In this document: in pieces, positions 51,985 through 60,124 of the stretch
How positions within the stretch are numbered: position 1 is the stretch's first letter
Layout: each line of letters opens with the position of its first letter
Assembly (NCBI GenBank): GCA_964494105.1
Contig: CAZBQI010000003.1
Span: forward strand, 21,737-85,736
Direction of reading: 5' to 3'
DNA length: 64,000 nt
Origin: an uncultured Candidatus Saccharibacteria bacterium
GTDB lineage: Bacteria > Patescibacteriota > Saccharimonadia > CAZBQI01
Notes under the pieces: generated by a model
Database searches by the model: none
Seen by the model: the letters and a program-made list of their open reading frames with translations, nothing else
Told to the model about the DNA's origin: nothing
Made by a program: the position numbers and the translations under genes

Positions 51985-53160
51985 ATGAGTAATAATACCG
52001 AAATTTTAACCCGTCGAGTAGCCAATGTTCTCCCAGGTGGCGATGGACTGGCCAAATTAATGGCTAAGCGTAAGATTCGCCTTTACCAGGGTTTTGACGC
52101 TACGGCGCCTAGACTGCACCTAGGGCACGCCGTCGGGTTAAAAAAACTGATGGAATTCGCAGACGCCGGCCATGAGGTAATTTTTCTTTTCGGCACTGGT
52201 ACAGTAGTTGTAGGTGATCCCTCACAGCGCGATACTGGCCGAAAGCTCATTACTCAAGAGGAGATTGATACAAACATCAAAGACTGGCAGCGCCAAGCAG
52301 CTAAGGTTGTTGATCTTAAAAAAGTTCAAGTTAAGCGCAATGGAGATTGGCTGCTTAAGCTTGGTTTAACAGATATAGTTAAGATTGCTTCAAATATTTC
52401 TGCAATTCAGTTATTTAAACGCGATTCGTTTCAGCGCCGGCTTGATAAGGGTGAAACAGTTTGGTATCACGAAACCATGTACCCGCTTTTACAGGGTTAT
52501 GACTCAGTAGTTATGGATGTTGATCTTGAAATTGGTGGAACTGATCAGGAATTTAACATGCTTATTGGCCGTGAACTACAGAAGAAAATGAACCATAAAG
52601 ACAAGTACGTTCTAACAGTGCCTATGATTGTAGGAACAGATGGACAGCCGATGAGTAAAAGTCGTGGCAACTGCGTGTGGTTAGATGACGAGCCAAACGA
52701 AATGTATGGAAAGCTCATGCGTCTGCCAGACAGCGAAGTTATGAGTTACTTTACTAATGTTACCGATGTTTCGTATGAGGAACTTAAATTGCTCGAGGCA
52801 GACCTAAAAGCAGGTATAAATCCACGCGATATCAAAGCACGGCTGGCGAGCGAAGTCGTTGCAATGTTGCACGGCCAGGAGGCTGCTACAGCTGCTGCTA
52901 GCGCTTTTGACGCTCAGTTTAAGGATGGCAATATTCCAGCCGATATTCCCGAAATAGCGCTCTCTAAAGCCAATTGGACGCCTGCAGAGCTACTTACGGA
53001 AGCAAAACTAGTGAATAGTAAATCCGAAGCCAGAAGAGTTATAGAGCAAAACGGCGCTAAGTTGAATGGTGAAACTATAAAAGACAAAGAAATCGCAGTT
53101 AAGTCTGGCGATGTGCTTCAGGTAGGCAAGCGAAAATTTGTAAAAATTAGTACTAAATAA
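51985..53160 (+). CDS. tyrS: tyrosyl-tRNA synthetase
   Basis: YQGFDAT..LHLGH, YPLLQGYD, GGTDQ.FN, MSKS, C-terminal S4 domain. Confidence 0.96.
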   Translation: MSNNTEILTRRVANVLPGGDGLAKLMAKRKIRLYQGFDATAPRLHLGHAVGLKKLMEFADAGHEVIFLFGTGTVVVGDPSQRDTGRKLITQEEIDTNIKDWQRQAAKVVDLKKVQVKRNGDWLLKLGLTDIVKIASNISAIQLFKRDSFQRRLDKGETVWYHETMYPLLQGYDSVVMDVDLEIGGTDQEFNMLIGRELQKKMNHKDKYVLTVPMIVGTDGQPMSKSRGNCVWLDDEPNEMYGKLMRLPDSEVMSYFTNVTDVSYEELKLLEADLKAGINPRDIKARLASEVVAMLHGQEAATAAASAFDAQFKDGNIPADIPEIALSKANWTPAELLTEAKLVNSKSEARRVIEQNGAKLNGETIKDKEIAVKSGDVLQVGKRKFVKISTK

Positions 53161-53215
53161 TACTATTGCAAATAAGTACATAATATAGTAGAGTATCTCC
53201 ATATAAGGGGATTGT

Positions 53216-54859
53216 ATGTCTGATATTCCGGGAGCAAATATGGGTGCGGGTGAAATCGTCGCTGGTAGCCGGCCAGAATTAGCATTCCGTACCAGTAGTA
53301 GCGAATTTGAGCAGGGTCATCAAGTGGTAGAAATACCGCTAATTCGAAGTGATCTTGAGTTAACCGCAACAACACAAATAGTTAGGCCAAACGGAGAGGT
53401 TATTGACCCTCTAGGTACAGATGAGCAGCGATTTGAAGCAGTGCGCTCGACTGGTGCGGACCTTAGTTATACATTGAGGTCTAGCGAGGAGACACCAACA
53501 TTCCTGACTGCCCTCAGGGCTTATGACGGTTGGAGATATTCGCGTACTAGTGAGGTAGCAACCGCACCGCTTGAAGGTAACGAGGCTAATGGCTATCGCC
53601 CTCAGCACGTGTTTGAAATACCTCTGAGCGCAGTTAATTTTAGTGGCTTAGCAAGCAGTATTATGTCTACAGGTGACCGCGCTATTTATGCACACACGGA
53701 AGACCTAAACCCAGATGGTTCAGACGCTCATATTGGAGTGGCAATGTACGGCGTTGATATCTCTACAGATGGGATTTCTATTTCAGCCGTCGAGCCTGAT
53801 GATGCTGGAGAGCTTCATGTGGCAAAAATAACTGCAGAAGACTCAAGTAAGCGCAGTGGCGTTGATTTATATCTTGAGCTAAACGAAGCCGAAGATACAC
53901 TAAGAATTATAATCCAAAGCGCAAGTGAACAGCTTATCTCAAAAATAGCCTCGCGCGTTGCCAGAGTGTATGCCGGAGGAGTAGGTTCCATTACTGGGAA
54001 TAGATTAGGTGACTATACCCAACCGCTTAAAGATGCACTACCGGGGCGAATTAAGTATGTACCATTTCAAGATAGAGTTGTTAGTAGCCGGGAAGCTGAG
54101 ATTAAGCGTCGACTAATGGATGGCTATAGGCCTGACCAAGGTATTGAATGGCCAAAGTTACCAGAAATACCCTGGGGAACCCTAGGTAAAATTGGTGGTG
54201 TAGTTGCCGTAATCGCTTTGTTAAGTATGCTGCGTTCATGTGATTTCGATTTTGATTTTAGTGGTCCTGAGCCAAAGGCGCAGGCACCCGACTTGCTTAG
54301 TTGTGCTGCAACGGACTTTGAAGTACCAGGTGACTTTTCATCTCAAGTTGCAAATATGACGCCGGATGAGTTTACCGAAAGTCTACGCCGACAAGGTTTG
54401 AGTGCGGCGGATGCAGACGAATTACAGCAGTTAGCCGGTGTCGTATTAAGCCTTGATGGAGAGAGCGAAACCACAAGTCAATTGAATGCGTTAAATGCGC
54501 TTGGTGTAATCGCTGACCACGCTCAGAATATCGATAGTGGTTCTTTATTGGAAGAGAAAACCGGTGTCTTGGTAACTGCTGTGTGTCATATTAATGGCTT
54601 GCCACTACATAAAAGCTTTACAGTTGAGGCAAGTGGACCATGGTTACTAAGTTCATTGCATGATTTAGACACAGAGGGCGTTTTAAGCGAACAACAAAAA
54701 GTCGCTATTGTCCGATTACTAATGGCTGTGAGAAATCCGGTCGAAATGGACCCAGATACCAATGGCAACCCAACCATCAGCGATTGGCAGGGAATTACAA
54801 CCGAAAATAGCCACATTCAGGTTGGCCAAAACGGCCGAGTTGCCATTTTCCCTAATTAA
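53216..54859 (+). CDS. hypothetical acidic protein with a single central TM helix
   Basis: 547-aa ORF; TM IGGVVAVIALLSML; promoter-like TTGCAA-17-TAGAGT and AAGGGG RBS. Confidence 0.7.
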   Translation: MSDIPGANMGAGEIVAGSRPELAFRTSSSEFEQGHQVVEIPLIRSDLELTATTQIVRPNGEVIDPLGTDEQRFEAVRSTGADLSYTLRSSEETPTFLTALRAYDGWRYSRTSEVATAPLEGNEANGYRPQHVFEIPLSAVNFSGLASSIMSTGDRAIYAHTEDLNPDGSDAHIGVAMYGVDISTDGISISAVEPDDAGELHVAKITAEDSSKRSGVDLYLELNEAEDTLRIIIQSASEQLISKIASRVARVYAGGVGSITGNRLGDYTQPLKDALPGRIKYVPFQDRVVSSREAEIKRRLMDGYRPDQGIEWPKLPEIPWGTLGKIGGVVAVIALLSMLRSCDFDFDFSGPEPKAQAPDLLSCAATDFEVPGDFSSQVANMTPDEFTESLRRQGLSAADADELQQLAGVVLSLDGESETTSQLNALNALGVIADHAQNIDSGSLLEEKTGVLVTAVCHINGLPLHKSFTVEASGPWLLSSLHDLDTEGVLSEQQKVAIVRLLMAVRNPVEMDPDTNGNPTISDWQGITTENSHIQVGQNGRVAIFPN

Positions 54860-54900
54860 AAAGAGTCTTCTGATAAGCCCAAGGTTGGAATCGAGTTTTA

Positions 54901-55018
54901 GTAAAGCGAAAACGGGAACGACACAGCCCAAGCATTAGCGATTGATAAGATTTACCTGCAACTACGAAATTAAATCGTAACTCACAAACTGGAGTGTTCT
55001 CGCTCGAGCCAGCTTTAC
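54901..55018. ncRNA. candidate structured non-coding RNA (long imperfect hairpin)
   Basis: Lies in an ~200-nt intergenic gap; nested complementary arms, with more G-U pairing on the minus strand. Confidence 0.35.
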
Positions 55019-55062
55019 ATTAATCCGTGTAATAGCTAATTAGCTGTAAAATAAAAGCAATA

Positions 55063-57090
55063 ATGAAGTTGTCTGACGAAGTGAAGTTTCTAAAAGGTGT
55101 TGGTAATGCGCAAGCTAATAAATTAGCTAAGCTCGGCATTGTGAGTGTCGAGGACCTAATAAATCACTACCCACGACGTTATGATGATTTTTCGCAAATA
55201 ACTCCAATTTCTGAACTTAAGCCTGGACAGGTAACTGTAAAAGGGGAAATTACACGCTCTGCTATGCGTAGGTCTCGTCGCGGTACCTCTATTACAGAGG
55301 CACTAATTGAAGATGGCTCCTCAGCCGTAAAAGCCGTTTGGTTCAACCAGCCATATCTGGCAAAGAGTTTACTCAAAAATGAACCGGTTTATGTCTCTGG
55401 CGTTCTAGAATTTAAATATAATCAGTTTGCGCTACAGAGTCCAAGCGTAGAGCGCGTAAGCGATTTTCCCAAAAATACAGCCCGAATAGTACCTGTATAT
55501 GGTGAAACTGCCGGTTTAAGCACAAAGCAGATTAGAAGCTTAATTCTGCAAGTAATTCCAGCAATAAAGAAACAGCCAGAGAATTTGCCAGCAGAAGTGG
55601 TTAAGGCCTCAAAACTCATGAGTCATGCAGAAGCATTGACACAAATACACTATCCAGAGAGTAATAAACTACTTGATGAAGCCAAAAGACGCATTGCTTT
55701 CGAGGAATTATTCTTCTTAATTCTAACTGGGCTAATTATTAAGCGCGAAGTTAAAACGGAATCTAGTGTGCAGATTGCCTTTAAAGAGGACGCTGCCAAG
55801 GCTTTTACGTTGAAATTACCGTTTAAGCTAACCAACGCGCAGCGCAAAAGCGCTTGGGATATTCTGCAAGATATTGATAGCAAAAGTCCTATGAATAGGT
55901 TACTCGAAGGTGATGTTGGTAGTGGAAAAACAGTGGTGGCGGCTATGGCAATGGAAATGGCCTTAGCAAATGGCTACCAGAGCGTATTAATGGCACCTAC
56001 CGAGGTTTTGGCCAGGCAACATTTAGCTACATTTACTAATTTAAAGTTGTTTGGCAAGCAGGTTGTGTTTTTGGCTTCAGGTGTATCAAAAAATGAAAAA
56101 GGCGAGGTTTATCAGTCACTCCAATCAGGCGAAGCAAGCATCGCTATTGGCACGCATGCATTGCTAGAGGACACAGTTAAGTTTAAAAATCTCGGACTGG
56201 TAATTATTGATGAACAGCATCGGTTTGGTGTTAAGCAGCGTCAAGCGCTAAGAGCGAAAGCCAAGCACCAACCTCATTTATTGGCTATGAGCGCTACGCC
56301 GATCCCGCGAAGTCTGGCATTGACTGTTTATGGTGACTTAGATGTAACTGTTATTAACGAGATGCCACCGGGGCGCATGCCAGTGGAAACAAACATCGCT
56401 ACAACCTATCAGCGTGATGAGGTCTATACGCACATTGATGCTGAAATAAACAAAGGCAGGCAGGTGTTCGTAATTTGTCCAATGATCTCGGATTCCGACA
56501 CGCTAGGAGTAAAAAGCGTAGAGTCTGAAGCCAATCGGTTAAAGAGAGGCATATTCAGGCACCGAAAAATAGCAGTCGTACACGGCAAAATGAAGCCAGC
56601 CGAAAAACAGCAGGTGATGGATGATTTTAAGGGTCGAAAGTCAGATATATTGGTCGCAACAACTGTGATTGAAGTTGGTGTAGATATACCCAATGCCACC
56701 ATTATGTTAGTTGAAGGCGCAGAGCGCTTTGGCTTGGCTACACTACATCAGTTACGTGGTCGAGTTGGCCGCGGTAAAGCTAAGGGTTACTGCTACTTAA
56801 TTTCAAGTGTCGATAGGCAATCAAGGCAGCGACTTGAGCTTCTAGAGCAGTACAAGGATGGATTCGTTTTAGCGCAAAAAGACCTCGAACTCAGGGGTCC
56901 GGGCCAATTATATGGGCAGTTGCAGCATGGGCTGCTAGATTTACGCATGGCCGATATTGGCGATACCAAACTTATTGCCGAAGTGCGAAAGAGTGCGCAG
57001 AGTTTCATAGAAGCAAATGCAAGTCTGGTAAAATACCCACAAGTATTGGAGCGAGTGAACAAACTAAAAAACCTAACCTCACTTGATTAA
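55063..57090 (+). CDS. recG: ATP-dependent DNA helicase RecG
   Basis: Wedge domain WFNQPY, GDVGSGKT, DEQHRFG, SATPIPRSL, QLRGRVGR, DLELRGPG. Confidence 0.98.
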   Translation: MKLSDEVKFLKGVGNAQANKLAKLGIVSVEDLINHYPRRYDDFSQITPISELKPGQVTVKGEITRSAMRRSRRGTSITEALIEDGSSAVKAVWFNQPYLAKSLLKNEPVYVSGVLEFKYNQFALQSPSVERVSDFPKNTARIVPVYGETAGLSTKQIRSLILQVIPAIKKQPENLPAEVVKASKLMSHAEALTQIHYPESNKLLDEAKRRIAFEELFFLILTGLIIKREVKTESSVQIAFKEDAAKAFTLKLPFKLTNAQRKSAWDILQDIDSKSPMNRLLEGDVGSGKTVVAAMAMEMALANGYQSVLMAPTEVLARQHLATFTNLKLFGKQVVFLASGVSKNEKGEVYQSLQSGEASIAIGTHALLEDTVKFKNLGLVIIDEQHRFGVKQRQALRAKAKHQPHLLAMSATPIPRSLALTVYGDLDVTVINEMPPGRMPVETNIATTYQRDEVYTHIDAEINKGRQVFVICPMISDSDTLGVKSVESEANRLKRGIFRHRKIAVVHGKMKPAEKQQVMDDFKGRKSDILVATTVIEVGVDIPNATIMLVEGAERFGLATLHQLRGRVGRGKAKGYCYLISSVDRQSRQRLELLEQYKDGFVLAQKDLELRGPGQLYGQLQHGLLDLRMADIGDTKLIAEVRKSAQSFIEANASLVKYPQVLERVNKLKNLTSLD

Positions 57091-57093
57091 TTA

Positions 57094-57924
57094 ATGTATC
57101 CAGGCCTGACACTCACTAAACATTCCGGTAGTTGGATTGGCGCCCACCAGCGGCTGAATCGCATTGCTTATCGAGTAATCGCTCCGGAAGTGAAAGCTAA
57201 ATCATTTCCGGCACTTAAGCAAATAAACTATTTTGAGGGTACGAATGGCCCGGACGGCTTGAAACGAAAATCCTCGGGCAAGCACGAACCACTGCATTTT
57301 TATGATCCGGCAACCGACAAGGGGGGCGTGAAAGCTGAAATTACCAACCACTACAATCAGCTTGTAATCGCCTTGAAACAGCGCGACGGTATTCGCTCAG
57401 CATTCGAGGCTAGCTGGTTGGCTCATGCTGTTACTGACGGCTTAACACCGGCACACCATTACCCGTACGTTGAAAAGATGAACGAATTGCTAGAAAACAG
57501 CAATCACGAGGTTAATCGGTTTAAAGACAAGGCAATTGTGCACGGCAACACCAAGCGTGAGACGGTAAAGCAGACGTGGAAGTTGGTAGGTTCAAAGGGG
57601 TTAATTTCGATGCATGCCCATTTTGAAATCGGTTTTTCCGCGGTTTTACTTGGCAAAAAAATAACCGTTCGTTTGGATCGGCTAGAGCTTGAGAGAGCCC
57701 GAAAGATCGGGGCACTTGGGTTTTTTAAAGAACAGGCAAGAATGGTAGCAGAGTTAAAAATGTACGAACGTTTTTATCAAAAAGCTTGGACAGTCGGTTT
57801 GGCTCGTCAGGCACGTAATGTCCTGGCGCCCACTATTGCTCAAACAGTAGCCATTATATGGTTGTTAGCTTACGAAGAGGCCGGGTATCAGCTAAAGAGT
57901 TCTCTTCTCGGAAGAATAGGGTAA
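57094..57924 (+). CDS. putative Zn-dependent phospholipase C / S1-P1 nuclease-fold protein
   Basis: W..AH, GPD, HFYDP, LAHAVTD..TPAHH, H.HFE metal-ligand pattern. Confidence 0.6.
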   Translation: MYPGLTLTKHSGSWIGAHQRLNRIAYRVIAPEVKAKSFPALKQINYFEGTNGPDGLKRKSSGKHEPLHFYDPATDKGGVKAEITNHYNQLVIALKQRDGIRSAFEASWLAHAVTDGLTPAHHYPYVEKMNELLENSNHEVNRFKDKAIVHGNTKRETVKQTWKLVGSKGLISMHAHFEIGFSAVLLGKKITVRLDRLELERARKIGALGFFKEQARMVAELKMYERFYQKAWTVGLARQARNVLAPTIAQTVAIIWLLAYEEAGYQLKSSLLGRIG

Positions 57925-57930
57925 GGGGCG

Positions 57931-58467
57931 GTGCGTATTACCGGTGGTGAACTGCGCGGACAAGAGATATCATTTCCAAAAAGCGATAAGACTCGACCGC
58001 TAACTGATCGTGGAAGGTCTGGACTATTTAGCGCTCTTGGTGATGTTTCAGATTTAAAGATGATAGACGCGTATGCTGGTAGCGGCGCGGTTGGTTTAGA
58101 TGCCATTAGCCGTGGAGTTAAGCATGTAATTGGTATCGAAAAATATTATGCTATAGCACAAAATTTGTCTAAGAATATACAGAAATTGCAATGCAAAGAC
58201 AAATATTCGTTAGAGCAAATGACGGTTGAAAAATGGGCGAGAGTAAATACTGAAAAACACGGCGATTTTGACCTTATTTTTGCCGGTCCACCGTTTGAAC
58301 AACTAAGCGTTAGCGAACTTAATTTATTGGTGCCATATCTTAGGAAGGGTGGCATGTTAGTGGTTGAGCATTATAAGAAATTACCAATATCGGAATTGAC
58401 CGGCGCAGTTCACCTGGATAACCGTCAATTCGGTGAAAGTGTATTAAGCTTTTACCGTAAACAGTAA
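57931..58467 (+). CDS. rsmD: 16S rRNA m2G966 methyltransferase RsmD family
   Basis: MRITGG..RG, TRP.TDR, DAYAGSGAVG..AISRG, GPPF (DPPY variant). Confidence 0.88.
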   Translation: MRITGGELRGQEISFPKSDKTRPLTDRGRSGLFSALGDVSDLKMIDAYAGSGAVGLDAISRGVKHVIGIEKYYAIAQNLSKNIQKLQCKDKYSLEQMTVEKWARVNTEKHGDFDLIFAGPPFEQLSVSELNLLVPYLRKGGMLVVEHYKKLPISELTGAVHLDNRQFGESVLSFYRKQ

Positions 58468-58496
58468 ATAATCTATAATCAATTAAGTTGGTGCTA

Positions 58497-58583
58497 GCCG
58501 CGGTGGCGGAATTGGCAGACGCGCTAGGTTTAGGACCTAGTGAGGTTACACTCGTGAGAGTTCGAGTCTCTCCCGCGGCACCA
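58497..58583 (+). tRNA. tRNA-Leu (anticodon TAG)
   Basis: Acceptor GCCGCGG/CCGCGGC-A-CCA, anticodon stem CTAGG/CCTAG with loop TTTAGGA, long variable arm, GTTCGAGT T-loop. Confidence 0.96.
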
Positions 58584-58612
58584 TTGACAAACATAGTATT
58601 TATGTTTATTAT
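58584..58612 (+). promoter_or_regulatory. sigma70-type promoter for the leader peptide/racemase module
   Basis: TTGACA-17-TATTAT directly after the tRNA CCA; ATG 7 nt after the -10. Confidence 0.8.
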
Positions 58613-58619
58613 TACTTTT

Positions 58620-58679
58620 ATGTTAAAACTTACAGCTAATCAGTTGCATGCACATATCGAGCCGGAGGCTATTGGCTAG
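58620..58679 (+). CDS. putative attenuator leader peptide MLKLTANQLHAHIEPEAIG
   Basis: Starts at the predicted transcription start; its 3' end can pair with the downstream terminator arm. Confidence 0.6.
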   Translation: MLKLTANQLHAHIEPEAIG

Positions 58680-58711
58680 ATATTCCTATTGTAATTTTTT
58701 GGATACATTTC

Positions 58712-58736
58712 GCCGGTAGCAACACCGGCTTTTTTT
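58712..58736 (+). terminator. intrinsic terminator (attenuator 3:4)
   Basis: GCCGGT-agcaac-ACCGGC followed by T7. Confidence 0.8.
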
Positions 58737-58738
58737 AT

Positions 58739-58761
58739 GCCCTGATTCATTGAATCAGGGC
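58739..58761. repeat. perfect inverted repeat
   Basis: GCCCTGATTCA-T-TGAATCAGGGC, with 11-bp arms. Confidence 0.85.
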
Positions 58762-58798
58762 GTTTGTATTCAATTAATTTAACAAGAAGGAATTTATA

Positions 58799-60124
58799 AT
58801 GAGAATTTTAGATATTACAGATACGGACAAAGTTCCCTACCAAGCTACAGATGTGTGGCGGGAGGCATTTAGTCGACCGCCTTATATGGAACAATATACT
58901 CCTGCAGAGGCTCAGGATATTTTGATCGATTTAGTTGGCCAAAACGGCGATTTATTGCTTGGCCAGGTAGACGGAGAAATTATTGCTGTTGCAGGTGGTC
59001 AATTTGATGGTGAATCAACATATTGGCTAGAAGAATTAGCAGTAAAACCAGAGCTACAGGGTCGTGGTTTAGGAAGAGAAATCTTTAGAGCCCTAATTGA
59101 TCGCGCATTAAATAAAGTACCGGAAAATTTAGCTCTTCGTACCAGTACCGAAAACTCAAAGGCACTTCAGCTTTATGAGTCCGAAGGTTTTACGCCTAAT
59201 GGCAAAAAAATTGTCGTGCCAAGTCGTAGAACAGATGGGCGAATTCGCTTAGACGAAAGAGTATATTTAACCAAACCAAATCAGGAGGTAGATGTGAAGG
59301 AGCCAATAACACTAAATAGACTGGCCGTTGTCTACCCGTCGGGCAATACAACGGCTCTAGTTTTCGATCAACTACTAGATAGCAATAGGCAAGAGCTAAA
59401 CGAGGGAATAATGCAGGCATGGAAAATTGAACACCCTGAGGAATCAGAAATTGAACAATGTTGTTTTGTGACTATACCAAATGATTCACTTTCAATAGCG
59501 CGAGTGGAAATGTTCGGCGGAGAGTTTTGCGGCAATGCGACTCGTAGTGTAATTGCACTACTAACAAAAGGCCAAAACTACAGAGGCTTTATCGAAGTTT
59601 CTGGCGTGACTAAACCATTGCAATTTAAAGTTAAAGACGGAGATATAGAGCTAGAGATGCCCTTACCACCAGCGAATAAAGTATCTAAGGTAATAAATGA
59701 AGGAACGCTTGTAACTCTTGACGGAATTACTCAGCTTGTTGTTATAGATCCTGAACAGCGTGAATCGCAGACAGCTAGAGAACTTCTGGAGTCACTCTTG
59801 GCAGAAAATAAATACGGTCTAGGTGGACAGCCGGCTGTAGGAGTGAGCTACTACGATGAAGACTCAAAGAAAGCTAACTTCTGTGTTTGGGTTAAAGAGA
59901 TCAATACAATATTTGACGAGACTGCATGTGGTAGTGGCACCTGTTCGATAGGAGTGGCGGTGGCCACTAGCCAGGGTGAAGATGTCGCGCTTGAAGTTGT
60001 TCAACCTTCTGGGGAAATCATCGCTACTTCTGCAACTGTTGCTAACGGAACAGAATTAGTAACATCTTCTAAAATTTCAGGCCCTGTTAGTGTCATGTAC
60101 GATGGTAGGATGGAGATCGCATGA
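58799..60124 (+). CDS. GNAT acetyltransferase fused to a DapF-fold, CntK/histidine-racemase-like amino acid racemase
   Basis: N-terminus LEELAV.PELQGRGLGR, N..AL.LY...GF; C-terminus PSGNTT, EQ..F, MFGGEFCGNAT, ETACGSGT.SIG, QPSG (two-cysteine racemase). Confidence 0.85.
   Translation: MRILDITDTDKVPYQATDVWREAFSRPPYMEQYTPAEAQDILIDLVGQNGDLLLGQVDGEIIAVAGGQFDGESTYWLEELAVKPELQGRGLGREIFRALIDRALNKVPENLALRTSTENSKALQLYESEGFTPNGKKIVVPSRRTDGRIRLDERVYLTKPNQEVDVKEPITLNRLAVVYPSGNTTALVFDQLLDSNRQELNEGIMQAWKIEHPEESEIEQCCFVTIPNDSLSIARVEMFGGEFCGNATRSVIALLTKGQNYRGFIEVSGVTKPLQFKVKDGDIELEMPLPPANKVSKVINEGTLVTLDGITQLVVIDPEQRESQTARELLESLLAENKYGLGGQPAVGVSYYDEDSKKANFCVWVKEINTIFDETACGSGTCSIGVAVATSQGEDVALEVVQPSGEIIATSATVANGTELVTSSKISGPVSVMYDGRMEIA

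Noticed and set aside
54852-55019. Minus-strand frame reading ...VCEL...GKSYQ...TKTRFQP...KTL, faintly like ribosomal protein L28, which often neighbours recG
   Set aside because: No start codon before the similar part (in-frame TAA directly upstream), an insertion within the motif and an early stop. Probably chance; at most a decayed remnant.
58488-58679. 63-aa ORF from the track
   Set aside because: It overlaps the tRNA; only the last 19 codons downstream of the promoter are plausible.
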